DNA of 64,000 bases from an uncultured Flavobacteriaceae bacterium (GCA_963815305.1 CAWFFW010000002.1:506279-570278), one strand, 5' to 3'; positions 40,751 to 50,285 are shown, counted from the stretch's first letter. Numbers and translations: made by a program. Notes: generated by a model from the letters alone, not told the origin.

Positions 40751-41400
40751 AAATAACAAACACATGAGATGTTCAAATAAATTTTTATAATAAAATATAG
40801 ACTAAATATTGTGTCTAAAAATATCAAAAAGCAGCGTTAAATGCGTATCCAAAGGCTAATATTTAAAATTAATAATGAGATTAAATATAATAACTTCTAA
40901 AGTTTGTAGACCGATCAAAATACATGTTTTCCATCAGAAAATTACCACGAATTATACGGCTGTCCTACAAATTGCAAATAAAAAAATTCACTATAATATA
41001 TCCCATTGGTTACTCTTTTATCCTCACAAACCATAAACAAGCAAACTACAAAAAGAGGTGACGTGCTTCTTATTGGATTACCCTTCAGTTAAATTTAATA
41101 TTCACATGTAGTATATTGATAACCATAATGTAAAATATTAGTAGTGAATTGAAAATACTTCACTAAAAAAAATGAACTAAGTATAATCGCACTTTAATAT
41201 ATTTAAATTCAGAAATTAAATAGTTATAATTAAACTTTAAATGCAACAGCTTTATGAACATGGTATATGCCAAAACGTTATTTAAAACTCATGTAAATCA
41301 CAAAAAAAGCTTTATAAATAATCATTGTTAAAATTTAATTTTGCCACATTTGTAACGTTTTAAATTTTAAAGCTACTTACAAAGTAACTAAACCATCACA

Positions 41401-41895
41401 TTGAATACAGAACTAGAACATAGCTTTGTTGAATTGCTTGAAAAGCATCAGAATATTGTCCATAAAGTTTGTCGTTTGTACACTAATAATTATGATGCTC
41501 ATAATGATTTGTTTCAAGAAATAACCATTCAACTTTGGAAAGCCTATCCAAAATTTAGAGGCGATTCAAAGTTTAGTACTTGGATGTATCGTGTTGGTTT
41601 AAATACCGCTATTACACTTTACAGAAAATCTAAAAGACGCATATCCACCCAAGATTTTGAGGGGGTACAATTTAAAATAAAAGCCGAGTATTATGATGAT
41701 ACTGAAGAGGAGCAATTGAAAGCATTATATAAAGCAGTGCACCAACTAAACGATATAGAAAAGGCACTTGTTTTCTTGTATTTAGAAGACAAGGATTACA
41801 GAGAAATTAGTGAAACATTAGGGATTAGTGAGGTAAATGCAAGAGTGAAAATGAACCGGATAAAAACTAAACTTAGAACCTTATTAAATCCGTGA
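41401..41895 (+). CDS. ECF-type RNA polymerase sigma-70 family factor
   Basis: Region 2 is FSTWMYRVGLNTAITLYRK. The region 4 HTH is YREISETLGISEVNARVKMNRIK. The ORF has a TTG start. Confidence 0.85.
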   Translation: MNTELEHSFVELLEKHQNIVHKVCRLYTNNYDAHNDLFQEITIQLWKAYPKFRGDSKFSTWMYRVGLNTAITLYRKSKRRISTQDFEGVQFKIKAEYYDDTEEEQLKALYKAVHQLNDIEKALVFLYLEDKDYREISETLGISEVNARVKMNRIKTKLRTLLNP

Positions 41896-41899
41896 TATT

Positions 41900-42535
41900 A
41901 TGGATGAATTAGATATTTTAAAAAAAGATTGGAACAAATCCAGCGACCAACATAAAAAACTTTCGGTGAATGATATTTACCCGATGTTGCAAAAAAAATC
42001 GTCTTCTATTGTAAAGACCTTGTTTTATATAAGTATTGCAGAACTCATTTTTTGGAGTTTTATAAACGCGCTACCTTATTTTTATTCCGATGAGTACAGA
42101 CAAAAATTAGAATCTATTTATAGTAATGAGCATATTTTAACTACGCTAACTACTGTTAGTTACGCTATTATACTGCTTTTTATTTATTTACTCTACAAGT
42201 CTTATCAATCTATATCTGTCACAGATAATGCAAAAAAACTTATGGAAAGCATTATAAAAACACGTAAAATAATCAAATATTATGTGCTTTATAATTTAAT
42301 AATGGCTGGTCTTTCCATGATTATTGGCTTGTATTATTCGCTTCATAACGACCCAGATATCTCTACGCAGTTTTCTAATTTGAGTACTAAACAATTAACT
42401 ATTTCCTATGCGGTTATGGCCTTTTTTGCAATCTTATTTATTGTTATTATTTGGTTGTTTTATAAGCTTATTTATGGTTTACTACTAAAACGCTTAAATA
42501 GAAATTATAAAGAGTTAAAGAAACTGGAGGCTTAA
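41900..42535 (+). CDS. Hypothetical membrane protein (possible cognate anti-sigma partner)
   Basis: Starts 4 nt after the sigma gene. It has a cytoplasmic N-terminus followed by 4 TM helices. No recognisable zinc anti-sigma motif is present. Confidence 0.5.
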   Translation: MDELDILKKDWNKSSDQHKKLSVNDIYPMLQKKSSSIVKTLFYISIAELIFWSFINALPYFYSDEYRQKLESIYSNEHILTTLTTVSYAIILLFIYLLYKSYQSISVTDNAKKLMESIIKTRKIIKYYVLYNLIMAGLSMIIGLYYSLHNDPDISTQFSNLSTKQLTISYAVMAFFAILFIVIIWLFYKLIYGLLLKRLNRNYKELKKLEA

Positions 42536-42856
42536 ATGATTGCCGCTATACTAATTACAGGTTTCATATTTATTAGTGTTGGTTTTATTCTTAACAAAAA
42601 CAATGCTTCTCAGTTACTTTCTGGGTACAACACGATGAGTAAAGAAAAACAGGCCAAATTTGATTTGGAAGGTTTTATTCCATATTTCAAGAATTTCCAT
42701 TTCTATCTTGGTATCTCATTTATTATTTTAGCTTTTCTTATAATGTTCTTGTTATCTAAAAAGGCAAGTGCCATTTTCATTTTAATCTATCCATTACTAG
42801 CATACGGATATTTTTTATTAAAAAGCAGACGCTTTAATTCAAAAGGCACTAGTTGA
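42536..42856 (+). CDS. DUF3784-like small membrane protein
   Basis: 106 aa with the motif LSGYNTMSKEKQAKFD between TM helices. It starts immediately after the preceding stop codon. Confidence 0.55.
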   Translation: MIAAILITGFIFISVGFILNKNNASQLLSGYNTMSKEKQAKFDLEGFIPYFKNFHFYLGISFIILAFLIMFLLSKKASAIFILIYPLLAYGYFLLKSRRFNSKGTS

Positions 42857-43439
42857 AAAATATATCTACCTCAATAACATCACCTGCTTTCATAGTATTT
42901 AATTGAATATCGCCTACTCTAACACGAACTAACCTTAAGGTTGGAAACCCAACGGCAGAGGTCATTTTTCTAACTTGTCGAAATTTACCTTCAGTTAAGA
43001 TTATAGATACCCAACGTGTTGGACCATGCCTATCATCACGTATTTTTTTAGTAGGTTTTGGAACTTCTGGAATATCCTTTAATTTAAAAACTTTACAAGG
43101 TTGTGTTTGATATTTTCTACCTTCAAACCCAATTTCAACCCCTTGTTTTAACTTGTTTATCGCTTTCTCGGAAATGTCGCCATCGACTTGTGCATAATAT
43201 TCTTTTTCAACTTTTTGGCTGTTTACAAAATCGCTCATCTTACCATCAGTAGTAAGTAATAATAAGCCTTCCGATTTTTCATCTAAGCGACCAATGGCCA
43301 TAATCCCCTCAGGAAAATCGTGCAATTCACCTAAAAACCGTTTCTTTATTTGTTGTTTGGAATTGCTTTGAAACTGACTTAAATACCCATAGGGTTTGTA
43401 GATAATAAAGTGGCGATGATTGGTTTTAAGAAGTTCCAT
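42849..43439 (-). CDS. Pseudouridine synthase (RsuA/RluE family, no S4 domain)
   Basis: Catalytic motif AIGRLDEKSEGLLLLTTDG. Confidence 0.85.
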   Translation of the reverse strand: MELLKTNHRHFIIYKPYGYLSQFQSNSKQQIKKRFLGELHDFPEGIMAIGRLDEKSEGLLLLTTDGKMSDFVNSQKVEKEYYAQVDGDISEKAINKLKQGVEIGFEGRKYQTQPCKVFKLKDIPEVPKPTKKIRDDRHGPTRWVSIILTEGKFRQVRKMTSAVGFPTLRLVRVRVGDIQLNTMKAGDVIEVDIFFN

Positions 43440-45717
43440 TTAAAATACTATGAACGAGTTCTTTGGTTGGCTTTTGTCCGTTTATTTTAGTTCTAACAGT
43501 ATCAAAAGTCATTTTAAAATCACAACCCGATTTATAGTTGCTACAACCATAAGCTGCTTTACCTTTTATTACCGTTCCTTCTTTACATTTAGGACACGTT
43601 AACTCATTTGGTTTTGCTTTCGCGGACGTGTTTTTAGGTTCTAATTTTAGTTTGAAATCCCTATTAAACCGAAGTAAACCTTCAACCGTTTCAGAATTAA
43701 TTTTAAAACCTTTCAAATTTACCGTACTCCCTTTTTGAAGCAAACGAATAAACTGTTTTTCAGAAATCTTTTTATCACCAAAACTAAAAGGTAAAACAAA
43801 ATTACAACCTGATTTAAATTCGCTACACCCAAAAGCCGACTTCCCTTTTAGTAACGTGCCTTTTTTACATTTAGGACATTTTTCAGCAGTAATACCTGCT
43901 ATCTTTTTTTGTGTTTCTTTATTCTTTCTGCTTTGTAAAACGGTAACTTGAGAAATATTAGCACGTTTGGTTTCGCTTCGTACTTCGTAAACCAAAGCAT
44001 CCACCATGCGTTTCATATTTTTAATAAACGCGCTGGCACTAAATTCGCCTTTCTCAATATCCTTTAATTGCTTTTCCCAAGAACCGGTAAGTTCTGCCGA
44101 TTTCAATAATTCGTTTTGAATGGTATCAATAAGCTGAATACCTGTAACCGTTGGTAACACTTGTTTTTTATTGCGTTTTATGTATTGACGTTTAAAAAGT
44201 GTTTCTATAATATTGGCGCGAGTTGAAGGACGACCAATACCATTCTCTTTCATTAAATCGCGTAACTCGTCGTCATCAACTTGTTTTCCTGCTGTTTCCA
44301 TGGCGCGCAGTAATGTAGCTTCGGTAAATTGATTGGGAGGTTTGGTTTCTTTCTCTAAAAAAGAAGGTTCATGTGGGCCTTTTTCGCCTTTTGTAAATGT
44401 TGGTAAAATACCTGATTCTTTTTCTTTTTTATCTGGGCTTTCAAAAACGATACGCCATCCTTTTTCTAAAATTTCTTTACCTGTAGTTTTAAAAACCACT
44501 TTGGCAGCACTACCTAAAACAGTGGTATTTGCAACGGTACAATCATCATAAAATACCGCAATAAATCGTTTTACAATAATATCGTAAACCTGTTGTTGGT
44601 TGTATTGTAAATTGGTTTGCATACCGGTTGGAATTATAGCATGGTGATCAGTTACCTTTTTATCGTTAAAAACGCGGCTCGTTTTTTTGATTTTCTTTCC
44701 TAAAAGAGGTTGCGTTAACCTGGAATAATTAGTTAACTTTTGAAGTATCCCCGATACTTTAGGGTAAATATCATTTGGTAAAAACGTGGTATCCACTCTT
44801 GGGTAGGTGACTACTTTACGCTCATACAATGCTTGAACAATCTTTAAAGTTTCATCTGCCGAAAATCCAAACTTCGTATTACAATACACTTGTAATCCCG
44901 TTAAATCGAATAATTTTGGCGCATATTCTTTACCTTTCTTTTTAGTAATAGATTTTATTTCAAACTCACTTTCTTTTACTTTATTGGCTAAAGCTTCACC
45001 ATCTTCTTTTTTTAAGAAACGCCCGTCTTCATAACTGAATAAAGTGTCTCGATATAACGTCTGTAATTCCCAATACGGTTGTGGTTTAAAGTTTTCAATG
45101 TCTTTAAATCGATTTACAACCATGGCGAGCGTTGGTGTTTGTACGCGACCAACCGATAAGACTTGTTTATATCCACCATGTTTAACCGTAAATAATCTGG
45201 TGGCGTTTATACCCAAAAGCCAGTCGCCAATAGCTCTTGAAAATCCTGCATAATATAAATTATCGTAATCTTTTGATGGTTTTAAATTTTGAAAACCTTC
45301 TTTTATAGCTTCGGTAGTTAATGACGAAATCCAAAGTCGTTTTACTTCGCCTTTATAGTTGGCTTCATTCATCACCCAGCGTTGGATAAGTTCTCCCTCC
45401 TGCCCGGCATCCCCGCAGTTTATAACCACTTCGGCTTTATCAAATAAACGTTTTACTATTTTAAACTGCTTTTGTATCCCTGAATTCGTCACCACTTTGG
45501 TTTCAAATTTTTCGGGTAACATGGGTAAGTTATTTAAATCCCAACTTTTCCAATAGGGCTTATAATCTGCTGGTTCTTTTAGCGTGCATAAATGACCAAA
45601 GGTATAAGTTACCGCGTATCCATTGCCTTCAAAATAGCCATCATGTTTAGTATTTGCTCCTAATACAGAAGCAATTTCTCGGGCAACACTTGGCTTTTCG
45701 GCTATACAGACCTTCAT
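43426..45717 (-). CDS. topB: DNA topoisomerase III (type IA) with two C-terminal zinc ribbons
   Basis: Toprim MKVCIAEKPSVAREIA. The C-terminus carries CPKCKKGTLLKGKSAFGCSEFKSGC and CPKCKEGTVIKGKAAYGCSNYKSGC. Confidence 0.9.
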   Translation of the reverse strand: MKVCIAEKPSVAREIASVLGANTKHDGYFEGNGYAVTYTFGHLCTLKEPADYKPYWKSWDLNNLPMLPEKFETKVVTNSGIQKQFKIVKRLFDKAEVVINCGDAGQEGELIQRWVMNEANYKGEVKRLWISSLTTEAIKEGFQNLKPSKDYDNLYYAGFSRAIGDWLLGINATRLFTVKHGGYKQVLSVGRVQTPTLAMVVNRFKDIENFKPQPYWELQTLYRDTLFSYEDGRFLKKEDGEALANKVKESEFEIKSITKKKGKEYAPKLFDLTGLQVYCNTKFGFSADETLKIVQALYERKVVTYPRVDTTFLPNDIYPKVSGILQKLTNYSRLTQPLLGKKIKKTSRVFNDKKVTDHHAIIPTGMQTNLQYNQQQVYDIIVKRFIAVFYDDCTVANTTVLGSAAKVVFKTTGKEILEKGWRIVFESPDKKEKESGILPTFTKGEKGPHEPSFLEKETKPPNQFTEATLLRAMETAGKQVDDDELRDLMKENGIGRPSTRANIIETLFKRQYIKRNKKQVLPTVTGIQLIDTIQNELLKSAELTGSWEKQLKDIEKGEFSASAFIKNMKRMVDALVYEVRSETKRANISQVTVLQSRKNKETQKKIAGITAEKCPKCKKGTLLKGKSAFGCSEFKSGCNFVLPFSFGDKKISEKQFIRLLQKGSTVNLKGFKINSETVEGLLRFNRDFKLKLEPKNTSAKAKPNELTCPKCKEGTVIKGKAAYGCSNYKSGCDFKMTFDTVRTKINGQKPTKELVHSILNGTS

Positions 45718-45839
45718 TTACTTTACGTTTAATACAACCTGCAAAATAGAAATTTAGAATATCATTTTGAAGTGGAGTTGTTAGGAGTTATTAACTGATT
45801 TTGATTGTAGAGAATTTAGTTGGAATTCCTTTTTTTGGC

Positions 45840-45947
45840 TCAATTCTTCTTAAGTTTACTTTTTATAATTTTAAGGATATAAACAGAAAGAACAAAATAG
45901 AACATTAAGGCTAGTATATACGATAAAGCTATATACTTCGAAAACAT
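45840..45947 (-). CDS. Candidate 35-aa hydrophobic small protein
   Basis: Encodes MFSKYIALSYILALMFYFVLSVYILKIIKSKLKKN. It starts 18 nt after the DUF1801 stop and is preceded by GGGAGGG. It falls below the ORF-track size cutoff. Confidence 0.3.
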   Translation of the reverse strand: MFSKYIALSYILALMFYFVLSVYILKIIKSKLKKN

Positions 45948-45965
45948 TGATAATCCCTCCCTTTT

Positions 45966-46334
45966 CTACTTTAATAATTCCATGCGATAGGCAACCATAC
46001 TCTCAATCAACTTTTTTGGTAATGGTTTGTTTAAGGGAAATTTAACAGATCCTTTGCCTTTCTTAAAGCCGCTTAAATCTGGATCAAACTTTTCCATTGT
46101 TGTTGGGTGAGGGTAAAAACCAATATGCGTTTTATATCCAGCAATCATTATTTGTTGCTCTCTTTTTCCACCTTCAATCAATGCATAGGCAGGGATATTA
46201 TAATTAAACAATTCAGTAGCTTGTGGTGCAACTTTTAAAATACATTGCTTTAATTCTAGCAATGCTTGTTTTGTAATGGTTGGTTGTGATTCAAAATAGT
46301 CTTGAACCGTTTTAAATTTTTCAGTTCTGCTCAT
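45966..46334 (-). CDS. DUF1801 (YdhG-like) domain protein
   Basis: 122 aa, reading ...MIAGYKTHIGFYPHP...GKGSVKFPLNKPLP. Confidence 0.65.
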   Translation of the reverse strand: MSRTEKFKTVQDYFESQPTITKQALLELKQCILKVAPQATELFNYNIPAYALIEGGKREQQIMIAGYKTHIGFYPHPTTMEKFDPDLSGFKKGKGSVKFPLNKPLPKKLIESMVAYRMELLK

Positions 46335-46341
46335 TTTTCAG

Positions 46342-46989
46342 TTATTTTTTTAATTTTAAATAATATGCTTTGGTTACTTTATCGAATTTTTCAATAGCAT
46401 AACGAAGCGTAATTCGCGGCATTGTGGCAGCATATTTATCGAGAAAGTTTTTTAATTTTTCTTCATTCTTTTTACCTGCTTCCCGTATCCAACTACCAAC
46501 CGCTTTTTGGATATATTTATCAGTATCGTTTACGAGCATTTCGGCTATTTTAAATGTATCTTCAATATCATTTTTTCGAATAAAATAATAAGTACTTACA
46601 ATTGCTGTTCTTCGTTCCATAGGATGAACAGATTTTGCTAAATCGTATAGAGGCGCTCTATTTTTGTCATTTAAATAACCACCAACGACGTAAGGAGCGG
46701 CCCTATCAACCAAACCCCAATCATCAATCCATTTATGATTATTAATATAAGCTCTGTATATATCTTGTTTTTCTTTTTCCGAAGTTTTCTTATTTCTGGC
46801 TTTCCAGTCTAATATAGATACTGCGCCAAGGCGATAATCGTTATTCTTATTTTGCAATAATTTTACAACTTCTGGTACTGGAATGTACTGAAACTCTTTA
46901 GCTAAAGAAAATAGTTCTCTTTTAGGAATAGCTCCTGAATAATCTAAACTAATTATTTTTAAAGATTCAATAAAATCTTTGGCAGTCAT
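46342..46989 (-). CDS. DNA alkylation repair protein (AlkD-like HEAT repeat)
   Basis: 215 aa with WIDDWGLVD and QKAVGWxxRE-like (QKAVGSWIREAGK) motifs. Confidence 0.75.
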   Translation of the reverse strand: MTAKDFIESLKIISLDYSGAIPKRELFSLAKEFQYIPVPEVVKLLQNKNNDYRLGAVSILDWKARNKKTSEKEKQDIYRAYINNHKWIDDWGLVDRAAPYVVGGYLNDKNRAPLYDLAKSVHPMERRTAIVSTYYFIRKNDIEDTFKIAEMLVNDTDKYIQKAVGSWIREAGKKNEEKLKNFLDKYAATMPRITLRYAIEKFDKVTKAYYLKLKK

Positions 46990-47007
46990 TTGTCTTTATT
47001 TTATTTA

Positions 47008-47193
47008 TTAGGCATTCATTAGTTCTTTTATATCAAGCTTTTTAATTTTCATATAAGCTTCCATAACATTTTTCGCCTTATCAGGATTGCTCAATAGTTT
47101 AGGTAAAACCGTTGGAACAATTTGCCACGTAACTCCAAATTTGTCTTTTAGCCAAGCACAATTCCCTTCTTTTTTCACTGCTAGCGAAAACAT
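47008..47193 (-). pseudogene. C-terminal remnant of a VOC/PhnB-like (3-demethylubiquinone methyltransferase-fold) gene
   Basis: Only the last ~60 aa are present (...CAWLKDKFGVTWQIVP...MKIKKLDIKELMNA). A TAG stop lies immediately upstream of the first ATG. Confidence 0.65.
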
Positions 47194-47312
47194 CTAGCTT
47201 GTACCAGTAAACAAAAAAAGATTGGAAAAAATTTATCATTTTACTTTCTTTTGAATTTATTTTAAACCGCTATAACTACCTAGCTTTAGCTTTTTTTTTC
47301 AAATAATATTTG

Positions 47313-47340
47313 TTCACGAGCAAGATGCTCGCGCTAGCGG
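47313..47340. repeat. REP-like palindromic unit
   Basis: GTTCACGAGCAAGATGCTCGCGCTAGCGG, with stem CGAGC/GCTCG. Confidence 0.5.
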
Positions 47341-47355
47341 AGTTGCAATTAGGTT

Positions 47356-47773
47356 TTATTTTAAATCTTCGTTTGTTATTGTCAGTTCGTACAAATCTAA
47401 GTTGTTTGGTGTGTCCGACTTGTCAATTATTTTCCAGTCCAAATTTGGCAAGGGTGAAATAATCAGAATTAAGATTTCCGTATTCGAATCCTTTGAAAAA
47501 AACTTAAATTCATCAAAAACTTGATTAGGTTTAGGGCTTCGACCAATATCTCCACCTTTAAAAATTATTTTAGATTCTTTACTTTCAATCGATTCATTTT
47601 CCTGTCGATTTAAATAATTATCAGATAACGTAAATTCCAATTTGAGGTTCAAATCGCTTTGATTATTAATATAAAACTCTGAAAATCCTCCAAGATCAGT
47701 TATGGTATTATCATCATAATTTTCACAACATAAGAAGCTAAAAACTAATAATTAGTATATATAAATGTTTCAT
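47356..47773 (-). pseudogene. Frameshifted lipoprotein gene
   Basis: ATG at 47773 gives MKHLYILIISF and then a stop. Removing one T from the T5 run (plus-strand A5 at 47740-47744) joins it in frame to SFLCCENYDDNTITDLGGFSEFYINNQSDLNLKLEF..., which is the track ORF 47356-47652. Confidence 0.7.
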
Positions 47774-47901
47774 TTATTACAAATTAATGACGACTCTTTT
47801 GCATGAAGAATAAAAATACACATTATCCTACAATTATTTTTAGAATAATAGGGATTTTGTTACTCTTTTAGTTTTATTGTTCATTGGTTTGCAACCATTT
47901 T

Positions 47902-48058
47902 GCGTTAGGGATTGCAGAGGAAATCCTTTTTTGTGCTGAGCTATTATATAGTTTTATAGACTATTATTAATATGTAAAAAACGACTTAATGAGATACTGG
48001 AACGCGTTCAGCACAAGAAAGATTGTAACGGAAAGCCCGACCCTTGGGTAACGCCCAA
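47902..48058 (-). repeat. Copy 4 (inverted) of the four-copy ~157-bp intergenic element
   Basis: The plus strand reads GCGTTAGGGATTGCAGAGGAAATCCTTTTTTGTGCTGA ... TCAGCACAAGAAAGATTGTAACGGAAAGCCCGACCCTTGGGTAACGCCCAA. Confidence 0.85.
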
Positions 48059-48070
48059 ATAAAAATTATC

Positions 48071-48877
48071 TTAATCTGTTTTCCATCGGCGCAGTTTATT
48101 AAGGGCTTCTTGTTCCTCCAATTCTTTTTGTGGAATTACTTTGAGGAAGGATGGGTGCTGCTCGATGGCGAATTCAATTCTTTTTACGATATCATCAGTG
48201 GTTTCATTATCGTAATCGATATCTAAAGGTTCTTTTATTTCGAAAGATTGTAAGATGTTTTTCTTTTTGATTCGAAGTCCTTTTTTATCAAAAGAACGCC
48301 TGAACCCATCAATAACAATAGGGACAACAATAGGTTTATAGCGTTTGATAATGTGAGCAGTTCCTTTTCTAATAGGTTTAAAGGGGGTTGTGGTACCTTG
48401 CGGGAAGGTGATAACCCAACCATCGTCTAGAGCTTTTCCAATACTGGAAATATCGCTCATTTTTACTTGACGGTTTACATCTTGACCTTCTGCTCTCCAA
48501 GTACGCTCGATGCTAATAGATCCCATATATGCCAGAATTTTTGGCAACAAACCGGCTCTCATAGTTTCTTTAGCCGCCACATAATAGATGTTAAGTTTTG
48601 GATTCCAGATGTAGCCTATGTTTTTTATAGAATCATCGCGACCGCTTAAACTGGCGTTAAATACATGAAACATAGATACAACATCAGCAAAATAGGTTTG
48701 GTGGTTGGATATAAATAGTACGTTGGTATCTGGTAAGTTTTTAATGATTTCGGAGCCTTCAATTTGTAATTCGTTAAAACCACGAAAACGTCTGTGGGTT
48801 AAGGCTCCAAAAATTCTGATGAGCCATTTTTTTACAAATAGTATATGGCCGAATGGATTTTTCTTAAATAATCCCAT
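48071..48877 (-). CDS. 1-acyl-sn-glycerol-3-phosphate acyltransferase family protein
   Basis: HxxxxD motif (NHQTYFAD) and an FPQGTT block. Confidence 0.8.
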   Translation of the reverse strand: MGLFKKNPFGHILFVKKWLIRIFGALTHRRFRGFNELQIEGSEIIKNLPDTNVLFISNHQTYFADVVSMFHVFNASLSGRDDSIKNIGYIWNPKLNIYYVAAKETMRAGLLPKILAYMGSISIERTWRAEGQDVNRQVKMSDISSIGKALDDGWVITFPQGTTTPFKPIRKGTAHIIKRYKPIVVPIVIDGFRRSFDKKGLRIKKKNILQSFEIKEPLDIDYDNETTDDIVKRIEFAIEQHPSFLKVIPQKELEEQEALNKLRRWKTD

Positions 48878-48934
48878 AAATCACGCGTCAAAAAATTAGT
48901 TAGGTATTACAAATGTAATAAATCTAGCAAACTA

Positions 48935-49573
48935 CTAGAGTTGTTTTAACATGTCTTTAATTTCACTAAGCATCATTGCTGTTGCCCCCCAAACTACATG
49001 TTCGTTTAATTTAAACGCAGGTACCTCAACATCAACGCTGTAGGACGTACTCACTGTTTTTTTGCTAACTACACTTTCGTCTAAAAGATGTTGTAAGGGT
49101 ACTTCAATAATGGCTTCAACTTCATTAGCTTGCTTAATAAATTGTGGTGTTTGTGGGGTGATTCCTAAAAAAGGTTGCACGTAAAAATTACTTGGTGGTA
49201 TATAAACATAGGATAATGCTCTTATAATTTCAATAGCATGTATGGGTACCCCTACTTCTTCAAAAGTTTCCCTAATGGCTGCTTCTTTTAATGAGGCATC
49301 ACCCGTTTCTAATTTACCTCCAGGAAAGGCTACTTGTGCTGAGTGTATACCTTTATAGGTTTTTCTTAAAATAAGAACCAAAGTTGTTTCGTGATTAATA
49401 TTGGGATAAAATAATGCTAAAACACCTGCTTGTTTCGCTTTTTTAATATTGTTTTTTTGACTTTGCAGTAATTCTTTTCGAAACGGTGGTGCCATTTTAA
49501 ACTGAGAGTCTTCGGCTGGAAGCGGTATATTTTTTATTTTTGATAACGATTTTAAAAATTTATCAAAATTCAT
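48935..49573 (-). CDS. NUDIX hydrolase (CoA pyrophosphatase-like)
   Basis: Nudix box GGKLETGDASLKEAAIRETFEEVG. Confidence 0.85.
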   Translation of the reverse strand: MNFDKFLKSLSKIKNIPLPAEDSQFKMAPPFRKELLQSQKNNIKKAKQAGVLALFYPNINHETTLVLILRKTYKGIHSAQVAFPGGKLETGDASLKEAAIRETFEEVGVPIHAIEIIRALSYVYIPPSNFYVQPFLGITPQTPQFIKQANEVEAIIEVPLQHLLDESVVSKKTVSTSYSVDVEVPAFKLNEHVVWGATAMMLSEIKDMLKQL

Positions 49574-49577
49574 TTAT

Positions 49578-50285
49578 ATGCGTCTATTATTGTTTTTATA
49601 TATTCCTTTTTTATTTCTGAGTTGTGAAGATAAACAATCTCAGAATAAAAAAAAGACCGAAACGGAGGTTGAAAAAGTTGATGTTGACAAAAAAGAAGTT
49701 TCTAAAAAGCCTGTTAAAAAAAAGGAACCATTTAAAAAATTAGATGATAAAAGTGCGATGTACTTTTTTCAAGAGTATGATAAAAAACATAAAGAAAACA
49801 AAGTACGTATTACCACAGATTTTGGGACTATTGATATTTTATTATTTAATGAAACTAAATACCACCGCTCCAACTTTATATTTTTAACTGAACAGAACTA
49901 TTTTGATGGTACACAATTTTATAGAGTAATAGATAACTTTATTGCTCAGGCTGGGAATAGCGATGATATGAAAACGGCCCGAAAACGCACTGAAATTGGA
50001 AGATATCTTTTACCAACTGACACTAAAAATGGTTTTAAACACGATAGAGGCGTTGTATCAATGCCTAGTAGTGAAATTGATAACCCTTATAAATTGGCAT
50101 CCCCTTACGAGTTTTTTATTGTAACGCAACAAGGAGGTGCGCACTTTTTGGATGGTGATTATACCATTTTTGGAAAAGTGATTGATGGTATGGATGTGGT
50201 TGATAAAATTACAGCAGTAAAAACAGATGACGCCGATTGGCCTTTGAAAAATATTTATATTAGAAAAGCGGAAGTTATTGAGTAG
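49578..50285 (+). CDS. Cyclophilin-type peptidyl-prolyl isomerase, lipoprotein
   Basis: Signal FLFLSCED, a Lys-rich linker, then FYRVIDNFIAQAG and GVVSMPSS. Confidence 0.85.
   Translation: MRLLLFLYIPFLFLSCEDKQSQNKKKTETEVEKVDVDKKEVSKKPVKKKEPFKKLDDKSAMYFFQEYDKKHKENKVRITTDFGTIDILLFNETKYHRSNFIFLTEQNYFDGTQFYRVIDNFIAQAGNSDDMKTARKRTEIGRYLLPTDTKNGFKHDRGVVSMPSSEIDNPYKLASPYEFFIVTQQGGAHFLDGDYTIFGKVIDGMDVVDKITAVKTDDADWPLKNIYIRKAEVIE

Noticed and set aside
47480-47495. A TTCGAATCC string resembling a tRNA T-loop.
   Set aside because: No acceptor, D-arm or anticodon-arm complementarity is present around it, and it lies inside a protein-coding frame.
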